Source: an uncultured bacterium
GTDB lineage: Bacteria; Patescibacteriota; Patescibacteriia; Magasanikbacterales; GWA2-37-8
Direction of reading: 5' to 3'
DNA length: 64,000 nucleotides
NCBI GenBank assembly: GCA_937903605.1
Contig: CALCZC010000007.1
Coordinates: forward strand, 189,805-253,804
Shown: in pieces, positions 55,338 to 64,000 of the stretch
Position numbering within the stretch: position 1 is the stretch's first letter
Layout of the letters: each line of letters opens with the position of its first letter
The notes under the pieces: model-generated
What the model was told of the DNA's origin: nothing
What the model saw: the letters and a program-made list of their open reading frames with translations, nothing else
Databases searched by the model: none
Program-made: the position numbers and the translations under genes

Positions 55338-55853
55338 ATGAATGAATCAAATTTACATGAACATTTGTGTGCGGTGGAACCGTCAAAAGAAACTAAAGAT
55401 GTATTAGCTGTTAATTTAAGTAAAACAAAAAAAGAAAGCTTTAATAAATTTCTTAACCAAACACCTAAAGGACTAAAAGGAAGTGGCATCGAAAATAGAC
55501 TACTAGTACTTGGCTTACAAATTGAATTAGCCAAAAATTTATTAGATGAGGAAGAGATGCTAAAATTTAATGAAATAATTAATAAAATTCACAATATACA
55601 AGAAATGAATAAAAGTGAAATAACCACAGCCACTCTTTCACACTTTTGCAACAGCAAAAGGCAAGAAATTTTAATTCCTGATTTTGATAAACATCCTAAT
55701 GTATCAATGAAATTACAAGGTAAATTTATAGACAAACTTCGAAGTTTAGGATTTGATATATCAAAAGGAAGTGAAGGTCATACTGATCCAAAAAAATATT
55801 ATCTAAAATTAAGTTTTCTCGAAGAATATGATGACGCATATTTTAAAGAATAA
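55338..55853 (+). CDS. Hypothetical protein
   Basis: 171-aa AT-rich ORF. Confidence 0.55.
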   Translation: MNESNLHEHLCAVEPSKETKDVLAVNLSKTKKESFNKFLNQTPKGLKGSGIENRLLVLGLQIELAKNLLDEEEMLKFNEIINKIHNIQEMNKSEITTATLSHFCNSKRQEILIPDFDKHPNVSMKLQGKFIDKLRSLGFDISKGSEGHTDPKKYYLKLSFLEEYDDAYFKE

Positions 55854-56027
55854 TAAAAATTGATATTGTATTAAACAAGCCTACAACTATTTGTCAAAAA
55901 TTAAAAAATCCTCAAAATTTGAGGGTTTTTTAATTTGGCTCTCTTTGTTGCTTTTTTTCATAAAATATACTAAAATTCAGATATGCTTAATAAGATTTTA
56001 GTAGTTTTTTGTTAAATAAGCAAAAAT

Positions 56028-56726
56028 ATGAAACCAAATTTAAAGCTGGTTATAAATATTAAAAAAGAAATTGGTAGTGCCCAAGGATTTATAAAATACA
56101 GTGATTACGTAGATCGCTTTTTACCATTAAACTTTCAGTATATCCTCAACAAAAAATTTACCCCTGTTGAACGAAATAAAATGGTAGCAGAATATACAAA
56201 ACACATCCATAATTTATATAAAAAAGAAATCCGGGAAGGCGTGGCAGAAACCAAAAAACGCTGGGCAAAAATCGAAAACAAATTTTACCGCCTGATAGAT
56301 AAAATCTTTCAGGGACACCCCTGGCCAAAAGGAAAATATACCGGATATGCTTCTATTTACCACATGTATCCCCGATATATAAAAGAAAAAACTTTTTTCT
56401 TTCCTTATAAACAAAACAAGCTAGATCCGCGATTAACCATAGCCCACGAAATGCTACATTTTATTTTCTTTGACTATATAAAAAACAAATACGGTATCGA
56501 GGAGCGTGACAAAATCAAAAGCAAAGAGCCGAAATATGTTTGGAAAATTTCGGAAACCTTCAATGTCGTGATTGAAAACTGGCAACCTTATATGAAACTT
56601 TTTGGTAGAAAAGAAAAAAGAACACCCTACCACCAAGGATATAAAAAAATGTTTAGCAAGATGACCAAACAATGGACTAAGGAACAAAATATCAATAAAT
56701 TACTTAATAACTATTTTAAAATATAA
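56028..56726 (+). CDS. Putative HExxH metallopeptidase
   Basis: TIAHEMLHF ... W.ISE.FN. Confidence 0.65.
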   Translation: MKPNLKLVINIKKEIGSAQGFIKYSDYVDRFLPLNFQYILNKKFTPVERNKMVAEYTKHIHNLYKKEIREGVAETKKRWAKIENKFYRLIDKIFQGHPWPKGKYTGYASIYHMYPRYIKEKTFFFPYKQNKLDPRLTIAHEMLHFIFFDYIKNKYGIEERDKIKSKEPKYVWKISETFNVVIENWQPYMKLFGRKEKRTPYHQGYKKMFSKMTKQWTKEQNINKLLNNYFKI

Positions 56727-56735
56727 TCAAAAAAT

Positions 56736-58655
56736 ATGGACGAACAACATTTGCAAAAAAAAGAAGAGATTGTTGAAAACAATCCGGAAAAAATCGTTGA
56801 AGAAAAAACAAAAAAATGTTTTTTACATTCAGCTTGGTTGCCGCTAATTTTTTGGCTTGTTTTTGCCGGAGTTTTTTATTTTTTCGCTTATGATCTGGCC
56901 ACTATCAAATTTTCCGATATTACTGACAAACGTGTTATCTCTATTTTTAGCAAATACAGTATTTATGCAGGTTTAATTTTTGGTCTTTTATCCATGCTTG
57001 GAGGTTATCTGATTTATGCGATTTTACGCAAAACTAAGCTAAAAAATAATACTTTTATCTATCCACTTTTAACCGCTTTGATGGCTTTGCCTTGGTATTT
57101 ATTTGCCAGACAGCTGGTTTATTTTGAAAATAGATATACTGACATTGCTCGCGGTGTTATCAATTATATCGGTTACCCTCTACTTTCTACGGCCAAATTT
57201 ATCTTTGCTTTGACTTTGATTTGGCTTATCGTTTTGATAATAAAACTTTTGGTTAAAAAAGGTTTAAATAAAAAAGTTACTACTGTGGCGATTATTTTGC
57301 TCTCCCCTATGTTTCTTAACGGCTGTATCGGAGATATAAATGAATGGGCGTGCAGTTTTTTTGACGATCCTGATCATTGTTATCAAAATGCCGGCGTTCA
57401 AGAAGGCGATACCGATACTTGCGCTAAAATTAAAGGTGAAGGTTTTAACGGTTCAAATCCGCCACGAGATAAATGTTATTTGCGAATTGCGGAAAATACC
57501 GGTGATTTGAGCGCTTGCGATAAAATCCAAGGTGGTCTTTATTCATATACTAAAGAAGAATGTATTTTGGGCGCCTCGGTAAAATTCAAAAATCCAGAAG
57601 GTTGTTTGATGCTATCCGGCGCTGATAAAAAAAGTTGTGTTTCTCAAGTTGGTCCTTATTTATTACCGGGTAGTGTCTTGGAAATAGATGATCAGATAAA
57701 TATACTCAAAGAAGAGTTGAAAAACAATCCTGACGCGGAACTGCAAAAACAATTGGACGGTTTGGAAAAAAAGAGAAACGACTATTTGGGTGTGATGGAT
57801 GATAAAAACAAAAAAGATTACGAATCATTATCCGATCCCATGAATAAAAAAGTGGCGATGGATTATTATAGCGGGAGAATTGATCAAAAAACCAAAGATG
57901 CCTTAACCGCCTTAAACGATAGCCTGCGAGGAAAAGGAGAAAAGCTCAGCGACCAAGAATATAAATCGCTAAGTGAAATGTTGGCTTACAAAAATGATCC
58001 AAAAAATGACATTGAAAATATGGACCCCTCGGAAATAGTAAAATTGCGTTGGAATGAAAAATTTGGCAATGCTGTTGATAGTTTGAAATTTTGGAATAGT
58101 AATCCAACCGAAGCGGAAAAAAAATATGATGAACAATTGCTTTTTTATCAAAGAATGTTAGAAAGACAAGCGGCTATAGAAAAAGGCCTCAGTCAAAAGC
58201 AACAGGATTTTGGGCGTGAAGCTGATAGAGTTACAGGTTACATCAAAGACCAAATCTATGACAAAATAATGGACGAAGCCAAGAAAGAAGCTTTTGGCGA
58301 ACTGCTTGATTTAGTGGATTCTCCTGCTTCCGCTCCGGTAACCGCAATTTTGGGCGAAGCTATAGATACAGTCAAAAAAGAGGCTCAATCAGCTGAATTT
58401 CGTGGTTTAGTCCGAGCTTACAATAAAGGCATGGAGGAAGAATTGCGTAAGTTTAGCGGCAATGTAGACAAAGCTCATGCAGCCGTTACTGCCAACTTGC
58501 AAAAAGACCCTTACATGTATGAGGACAAAAATACTTTTGCCAAATACGGTAATATCTTGGAAAACAAAGATTGCGACGGGAGCAATCCGCATTGTATTCA
58601 ACGAGATGTTTTTTGGAAGGCGATGAAAAAATCCTACACCTATCAAAATAAATAA
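56736..58655 (+). CDS. Multi-TM protein with Cys-repeat extracellular domain
   Basis: 5 TM, then LNGC; repeated D.CY..A....D...C.KI. Confidence 0.75.
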   Translation: MDEQHLQKKEEIVENNPEKIVEEKTKKCFLHSAWLPLIFWLVFAGVFYFFAYDLATIKFSDITDKRVISIFSKYSIYAGLIFGLLSMLGGYLIYAILRKTKLKNNTFIYPLLTALMALPWYLFARQLVYFENRYTDIARGVINYIGYPLLSTAKFIFALTLIWLIVLIIKLLVKKGLNKKVTTVAIILLSPMFLNGCIGDINEWACSFFDDPDHCYQNAGVQEGDTDTCAKIKGEGFNGSNPPRDKCYLRIAENTGDLSACDKIQGGLYSYTKEECILGASVKFKNPEGCLMLSGADKKSCVSQVGPYLLPGSVLEIDDQINILKEELKNNPDAELQKQLDGLEKKRNDYLGVMDDKNKKDYESLSDPMNKKVAMDYYSGRIDQKTKDALTALNDSLRGKGEKLSDQEYKSLSEMLAYKNDPKNDIENMDPSEIVKLRWNEKFGNAVDSLKFWNSNPTEAEKKYDEQLLFYQRMLERQAAIEKGLSQKQQDFGREADRVTGYIKDQIYDKIMDEAKKEAFGELLDLVDSPASAPVTAILGEAIDTVKKEAQSAEFRGLVRAYNKGMEEELRKFSGNVDKAHAAVTANLQKDPYMYEDKNTFAKYGNILENKDCDGSNPHCIQRDVFWKAMKKSYTYQNK

Positions 58656-58658
58656 AAC

Positions 58659-59381
58659 ATGTTAGAAAAAAACCCAGAAAAACAAAATAAAAAAAGTTGG
58701 CGTGACCGTATTTTGATTACCGTCCGTTTATTGTTATTAATCTCTTTGCTTTTAAACTTATTTTTTGTCGGTTTTGAAATATTTTTAGACGGCGATGTTT
58801 CCAAAACAGAAGTTTTTGAAGAACTTTACAAAAGATTGGAGCTGGGTTTTTGGACCTTGATAACCCTGCTTTTAACTTTCGTACCTGGTTATATTCGCAA
58901 GCACCAAAAACTAAATATCCCGGAAATTTTGGAAATAACTATTGTTTTGTTTGTTTATGCGGGAATGTTTTTCAGTGTTCGCTTTGATATGTATTATCGT
59001 TTTTGGTGGTGGGATGATTTATTGCACACTTTGGCCGGAATTATTATCGGTTTTGTCAGTTTTATTTTCATGTATAAAATAAATCTCCACTATAAATTAA
59101 ATATTCGTCCTGGTTTTTTGGCTTTTTTAGCTTTTACCATAGCGGTTACCGCCGGGGTACTTTGGGAAATACTTGAATTTACATCAGATGTCCTGTTTAA
59201 AACCGCCCATCAAAAATGGAATTTGCCGGATACGGAAATAATGATTGGCAAACCATATCAGGGTAGCGGATTGCGAGATACTATGTCTGATCTGATAGTT
59301 AACGGTTTTGGCGCTTTCTTTACTTCACTGTTCTGTTATTTCCTTTACAAAAAAGAGACAAAAGAAAATTTAATTCCTTAA
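58659..59381 (+). CDS. Membrane protein (DUF2238/YjdF-like)
   Basis: WWWDDLLH, GVLWEILEF, DTMSDL. Confidence 0.75.
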   Translation: MLEKNPEKQNKKSWRDRILITVRLLLLISLLLNLFFVGFEIFLDGDVSKTEVFEELYKRLELGFWTLITLLLTFVPGYIRKHQKLNIPEILEITIVLFVYAGMFFSVRFDMYYRFWWWDDLLHTLAGIIIGFVSFIFMYKINLHYKLNIRPGFLAFLAFTIAVTAGVLWEILEFTSDVLFKTAHQKWNLPDTEIMIGKPYQGSGLRDTMSDLIVNGFGAFFTSLFCYFLYKKETKENLIP

Positions 59382-59405
59382 TTTTGATATTTAATTTAAT
59401 AAATT

Positions 59406-60146
59406 ATGAACACACTTTTTTTAATTGTTCTTTCGTGTCTAGCCATTACTCTTTGTGTTTGGATAGCTCTCTTTTTACTTTATCTAAAAAAAGAAACCTT
59501 AAATAAAATAACTCTTTTTTTAGTAGCTCTTTCCGCCGGCGCGCTTATTGGCGGAGCATTTTTACATCTTTTACCCGAAGCCGCCCACGAGCTCGATGCT
59601 GAGTTGATTTTTTTGATCACCCTTTTATCTTTTGTTTTCTTTTTTCTTTTGGAAAAAACCCTATTTTGGCGTCACTGTCATAAAGGCGAATGTCCAGTAC
59701 ACACTTTTGGTTATATGAATCTAGTTGGAGATTCTTTGCATAACTTTATTGACGGTTTGGTAATTGCCAGTACTTTTCTGATAGACATTCGTTTGGGTTT
59801 GGTTACTACTGCCATCATTGCCCTGCATGAAATACCGCAGGAAATTGGTGATTTTGGCGTATTGCTTCATGCCGGTTTTGAAAAAAGAAAAGCCCTGCTT
59901 GTGAATTTTCTAGTAGCCTTAACCGTGCTTTTGGGTGGAATAGTTGGTTATTTTATTTCTTTTAAACTAGAAAATATTATTCCTTATCTTCTGCCTTTCG
60001 CCGCCGGGGGGTTTATCTATATTGCCTCTTCGGATTTGATGCCGGAAATTCGCAAAGAAACAAATCTCAAAAAATCCATGCTTTCTTTTGTTGTTTTTAT
60101 TTTTGGTGTAATATTAATGTACACCGCTACTTTATTTGAACACTAA
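59406..60146 (+). CDS. ZIP-family metal transporter
   Basis: HLLPEA, GDSLHNFIDG, HEIPQEIGDF, AGGFIYIA.SDL.PE. Confidence 0.93.
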   Translation: MNTLFLIVLSCLAITLCVWIALFLLYLKKETLNKITLFLVALSAGALIGGAFLHLLPEAAHELDAELIFLITLLSFVFFFLLEKTLFWRHCHKGECPVHTFGYMNLVGDSLHNFIDGLVIASTFLIDIRLGLVTTAIIALHEIPQEIGDFGVLLHAGFEKRKALLVNFLVALTVLLGGIVGYFISFKLENIIPYLLPFAAGGFIYIASSDLMPEIRKETNLKKSMLSFVVFIFGVILMYTATLFEH

Positions 60147-60150
60147 ACAT

Positions 60151-60378
60151 ATGGAAGATCTGCAATTAGGTATTTATCAACATTTTAAAGGTAATTTATA
60201 CGAAGTTATCGCTGTCGGTAAAGACAGTGATACTCTGGAAGACCTGGTAGTTTATAAAGCGCTTTACGATTCCGCGGAATTTGGCAAAAATGCCATTTGG
60301 ATAAGGCCAAAAGAAAAATTTTGCGAGGAAATAATAGTTGACGGCAAAAAAATTCCAAGGTTTAAATTTGTAAAATAA
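60151..60378 (+). CDS. DUF1653 family protein
   Basis: GIYQHFKGNLYEV..LVVYKALY..WIRP..F..PRF. Confidence 0.88.
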   Translation: MEDLQLGIYQHFKGNLYEVIAVGKDSDTLEDLVVYKALYDSAEFGKNAIWIRPKEKFCEEIIVDGKKIPRFKFVK

Positions 60379-60449
60379 TTTTTAAAAAACACCCTTTAGG
60401 GTGTTTTTCCTTATTATTTACAAGCTTACCGACTTACTAGCTTACCAGC

Positions 60450-60944
60450 TTATCTGCTTTTAATTTTTTCCATCCACAATCTTTGTGCCGCACAAACAGC
60501 CACTGCCAAGGCATCGGCAGCATCATCGGATCTGATTTTTTGTTTTAACCCCAAAACAGTAGCGGTCATTTTTTGTATCTGTTTTTTTTCCGCTTTGCCA
60601 TAGCCGGTAATCGCTTGTTTTACTTGCAAAGGAGTAAACTCATAAATTTCCATTTTATTTTCAATCCCGGCAAGCAGTATCGCTCCTCTGGCTTGCCCAA
60701 CATCCATCGCGGTTTTGGCATTTTTGAAAAAAAATAATTTTTCCACTCCCATAACTTCTGGTTTGTATTTTTTACTAAGAGCATCAACTTTTTCTTTAAT
60801 TTCCATCAAACGACAAACAAAAGATTTCTTTGAATCAGTATTTAGACAACCATAAACAAGCGCTTTCCATTGACCACTTTGTTTTTTTTCTATCACTCCA
60901 TAACCCATCCGGCCATAGCCGGGATCTATTCCGAGAATTTTCAT
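60450..60944 (-). CDS. ruvC: Holliday junction resolvase RuvC
   Basis: ILGIDPG, VEKLFF, QARG, TPLQVK..GYGKA.K.Q, DDAADALA. Confidence 0.96.
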   Translation of the reverse strand: MKILGIDPGYGRMGYGVIEKKQSGQWKALVYGCLNTDSKKSFVCRLMEIKEKVDALSKKYKPEVMGVEKLFFFKNAKTAMDVGQARGAILLAGIENKMEIYEFTPLQVKQAITGYGKAEKKQIQKMTATVLGLKQKIRSDDAADALAVAVCAAQRLWMEKIKSR

Positions 60945-61007
60945 AACTTTTTATTTGCTGTTTATTTTTATACTTTTTCAAAAATTATTCTATCTTTTGT
61001 GTTTTTG

Positions 61008-61080
61008 TATCCTGTAGCATGTATTAAGTATTATGTATGTGACAAGACCGCATAATACATACTACATAATACATTCTACA
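61008..61080. repeat. Inverted heptamer arrays (atgtatt ... aatacat)
   Basis: Direct reading. Confidence 0.65.
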
Positions 61081-61084
61081 CAGT

Positions 61085-61816
61085 TTACTTCGCGTTAGTA
61101 AAATAATCCTCCACATCTTCTCTTTCTTCTAACTCTCCGAATAAATTTTGCAATTTATCAACATTTTCTTCCGGAATTTCCACTTTTTCTTTAGCCACCC
61201 ATTCAATTCCCGATTTATTTGGTTCTAGATTCATTTCTTTTATTTTACCTAGAACTTTTTGTAAATCTTCTATTTTGGTCAGCACTTCTATTTCGTCTTC
61301 CTCAACTTTAATATCTTGCGCACCAACTTCTATCAAACTCATTTCAAAATCATCTTGAGAAATATTTTTGTTTTTTAACTCTTCTGCTGTTAGTCTTATA
61401 ACCCCGATTTGTTCGAACATCCAAGCTACACTACCCGGGCCGGCCATACTACCACCGCTTTTGGTTAAAATGTGTTTAATTTCCGAAACAGTGCGGTTTT
61501 TGTTATCTGTAACCGCTTTGATAAGCACAGCCACTCCGCCAGGACCAAAGGCTTCATAAAGCGCTTCTTCTAAAACGATTCCGTCATTGAGTTCTCCCGT
61601 TCCTTTTTTAATCGCTTTATCAATATTATCTTTTGGCATACTCACACTTTTGGCTTTATCTATCGCAATCCGAAGAGAAAAGTTTTTATCCGGATCTCCG
61701 CCACCTTTAGCGGCAATGGTAATTAATTTTGAATATTTGGAAAACATAGCACTACGCAGTGCATCTTGTTTGCCTTTTCGGCCTTGAATATTGTGCCATT
61801 TAGAGTGACCAGACAT
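61085..61816 (-). CDS. yebC: YebC/PmpR family protein
   Basis: MSGHSKW.NI, GGGDP..N..LR, YEAFGPGGVA, TDNKNRT. Confidence 0.95.
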   Translation of the reverse strand: MSGHSKWHNIQGRKGKQDALRSAMFSKYSKLITIAAKGGGDPDKNFSLRIAIDKAKSVSMPKDNIDKAIKKGTGELNDGIVLEEALYEAFGPGGVAVLIKAVTDNKNRTVSEIKHILTKSGGSMAGPGSVAWMFEQIGVIRLTAEELKNKNISQDDFEMSLIEVGAQDIKVEEDEIEVLTKIEDLQKVLGKIKEMNLEPNKSGIEWVAKEKVEIPEENVDKLQNLFGELEEREDVEDYFTNAK

Positions 61817-61944
61817 ATAAATTACAAGATTTAAAGATTGAAAGATTTAAAGATTAACTATCTTTATTTTACCAACAAATCTTTTAAAAAGCAACTAAAA
61901 AAGCCCGTTTGAGACGGACTTTTTTAGGCTTAATTAAGCAAAAA

Positions 61945-64000
61945 TTATTTCTTAAACCCCGTACCAGCCGGAATCAGGCGACCAATGATAACATTTTCTT
62001 TGAGACCTTCCAAATAATCAATTTTACCGGTAATCGCGGTATTGATAAGTACACGCGCGGTTTCTTGGAACGATGCGGCGGAAAGGAAGCTTTGAGTAGA
62101 AAGAGAGACTCTAGTAATACCCAATAACAACTCTCGTCCTGCGGCTTCTTTGCCTCCGTCTTTTTTGGTTTGATTATTACAAAATTCCAAATGTGCTTTT
62201 TCTACAACCTCGCCAGGTAGTAATTCAGAATCTCCGGCATCTTCCACATAAACACGACTAAACATTTGGCGAATAATAACTTCCATGTGTTTATCATTAA
62301 CTTTCTGACCCTGAGAAGAATATATATTTTGCACTTCTTCCAAAATATATTTTTGAACTGCCGGACGTCCGCGAAGTTCAAACAATTCTTGTAAATTGAT
62401 AGAACCGTCAGTTAACTGATCGCCTTTTTTTACTTCATCTCCATCTTTTACATACAATTTATAACCTAGCGGAACAATATACTCGCGGATCTTCGGTCCA
62501 TTGTAAGAAAGAAAAATTTTATTTTTTTCAATTTTTACTTGACCGCCATATTTGGCTTTTATTTCTTCACCCGATGATCCTCGAACAACCAAAACAGTAT
62601 CCTGTTCTACCATCTCATCGTTTTTAACCATTACTTCATCTTCGCTACCAACACTAATTTTCATTTCATCCATTCCTTCAAAGTGAACTTTAACTATTTT
62701 TTGTCCACGACGACCTTCAAAAATTTTCTTACCGGTGGCGGAAGTTATAATTTTTCCATCTGCGTCTTCTATTTCTACTTTTCCTTCTACATCAGTCAAA
62801 AGTGCCTGATGTTTAGGAGAGCGTACTTCAAAGATTTCTTCGATACGAGGCAAACCTTGAGTAATGTCGCTTCCCGCCACACCGCCGGTATGGAAAGTAC
62901 GAAGTGTCAATTGAGTGCCAGGCTCACCGATAGATTGAGCAGCAATAATTCCAACAGAAGCTCCAAGCTCCGCGGGTTTATTATAAGACAAATCATAACC
63001 ATAGCATTTCTGACAAACTCCTTTTGGACATTTACATTTGAAAACCGAACGTACATGGATAGATTCAACTTTATTTTTTTCTATTTCGCGAGCAGCTTTT
63101 TCATCGACAACCTCACCGGCTTTTACTATAACTTTATTACCTGATTTTACATCTTCTACCACATAACGACCGACAACTCTGTCTGCCAATTTCTCGCCCA
63201 TCTCTGCTGATTGAGCTGTTGTAAACACTTCCCCCTCTTTGGCACCACAATCTTCTTCCAAAACTACAACATCTTGTGCTACATCCACCAAACGACGAGT
63301 CAAATAACCAGCACCAGCAGTACGCAAAGCGGTATCAGATAAACCTTTACGAGTACCGTGGGAAGAAATGAAAAATTCCAAAGAATCAAAACCTTCTTTA
63401 AAGTTACCTTTAACTGGAAGCTCAATAATATCGCCAGATGGAGAAGCCACCAAACCTTTCATACCAATAACCTGACCGAGTTGTCCCCAAGAACCACGAG
63501 CACCAGATTCGATCATGGCGTAAACTGGACCAACCTTGTTAAGCATCTCTTTATTATTGGCAATAATTTTATCTTTGGCTTCAGTCCAAATTTCCAAAAT
63601 TTTAGCGTGCTTTTCTCCTTGAGTGAGCAAACCTTCGTTGCGTAAATTTTCTACTTCACGAACTTTCGCATCACATTCTTTTATCAAAGCAGCTTTGGCT
63701 TCAATTTTTGGAAAGTCATTCATACTTAAGGAATAACCTGATTTAGTACCATATTTAAAACCAAGATTTTTTAAATCATCCAAAAAAGCAGCTGTTTTTT
63801 CTTGACCATAAATTTCCAAATAGGAAGAGATAACATTGCCGAGTTTCTTGACGGTAATAACATCATTGATGAAAGAAATTTCTTCTGGTAAAACCTGATT
63901 GAAAATAATACGTCCAATCGAGGTTTCAATACGCGGATTAGTCCCTTCAGGAAATTTTTTCAAATCTGTAAAACGAACTCTGATTTTTTCATGTAAAGTA
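61945..64000 (-). CDS. rpoC: RNA polymerase beta' subunit (3' part; continues beyond window)
   Basis: SGARG, RKGL.DTALRTA.AGYLTRRL, AQSIGEPGTQLTLRTFH, DITQGLPR, SAASFQET, GLKENVIIG. Confidence 0.98.
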   Translation of the reverse strand, partial: TLHEKIRVRFTDLKKFPEGTNPRIETSIGRIIFNQVLPEEISFINDVITVKKLGNVISSYLEIYGQEKTAAFLDDLKNLGFKYGTKSGYSLSMNDFPKIEAKAALIKECDAKVREVENLRNEGLLTQGEKHAKILEIWTEAKDKIIANNKEMLNKVGPVYAMIESGARGSWGQLGQVIGMKGLVASPSGDIIELPVKGNFKEGFDSLEFFISSHGTRKGLSDTALRTAGAGYLTRRLVDVAQDVVVLEEDCGAKEGEVFTTAQSAEMGEKLADRVVGRYVVEDVKSGNKVIVKAGEVVDEKAAREIEKNKVESIHVRSVFKCKCPKGVCQKCYGYDLSYNKPAELGASVGIIAAQSIGEPGTQLTLRTFHTGGVAGSDITQGLPRIEEIFEVRSPKHQALLTDVEGKVEIEDADGKIITSATGKKIFEGRRGQKIVKVHFEGMDEMKISVGSEDEVMVKNDEMVEQDTVLVVRGSSGEEIKAKYGGQVKIEKNKIFLSYNGPKIREYIVPLGYKLYVKDGDEVKKGDQLTDGSINLQELFELRGRPAVQKYILEEVQNIYSSQGQKVNDKHMEVIIRQMFSRVYVEDAGDSELLPGEVVEKAHLEFCNNQTKKDGGKEAAGRELLLGITRVSLSTQSFLSAASFQETARVLINTAITGKIDYLEGLKENVIIGRLIPAGTGFKK

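Noticed and set aside
1-64000. Alternative genetic code (TGA=Gly, code 25)
   Set aside because: Conserved genes are uninterrupted under code 11 and TGA ends complete genes (e.g. 2344, 30910).

Overview
AT-rich bacterial chromosome segment that looks like a Patescibacteria/CPR (Parcubacteria-like) genome. This is inferred from SD-less core genes, split operons, a giant GIGTxTP-repeat surface protein and cohesin/dockerin genes; TGA is used as stop (code 11). Core genes include rpmF-nusB-rnc, pcrA/uvrD, tgt, rlmH, trpS, rplA, a seven-gene dTTP cluster, gatB, ruvA, epmAB, ileS (T-box), rpiB-rpe-trxB, ruvC, yebC and the 3' part of rpoC. There are two tRNAs (Lys-CTT, Arg-TCG) and a 15-kb cell-surface locus. 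The most unusual signals are non-coding. (1) Both tRNAs are followed by the same ~130-nt structured element, bracketed by an antisense copy of that tRNA's own T-arm and a direct copy of its 3' end. (2) Five ORFan/ncRNA cassettes share a TTGACA-N17-(-10) promoter, a boxA-like motif, an SD and a terminator. (3) Several families of REP-like palindromes, some nested inside each other, occur next to two small GIY-YIG nucleases, at promoters and inside genes. (4) Many intergenic arrays of 7-8-nt repeats are present, often in inverted pairs. All calls were made by eye; no database searches were run.
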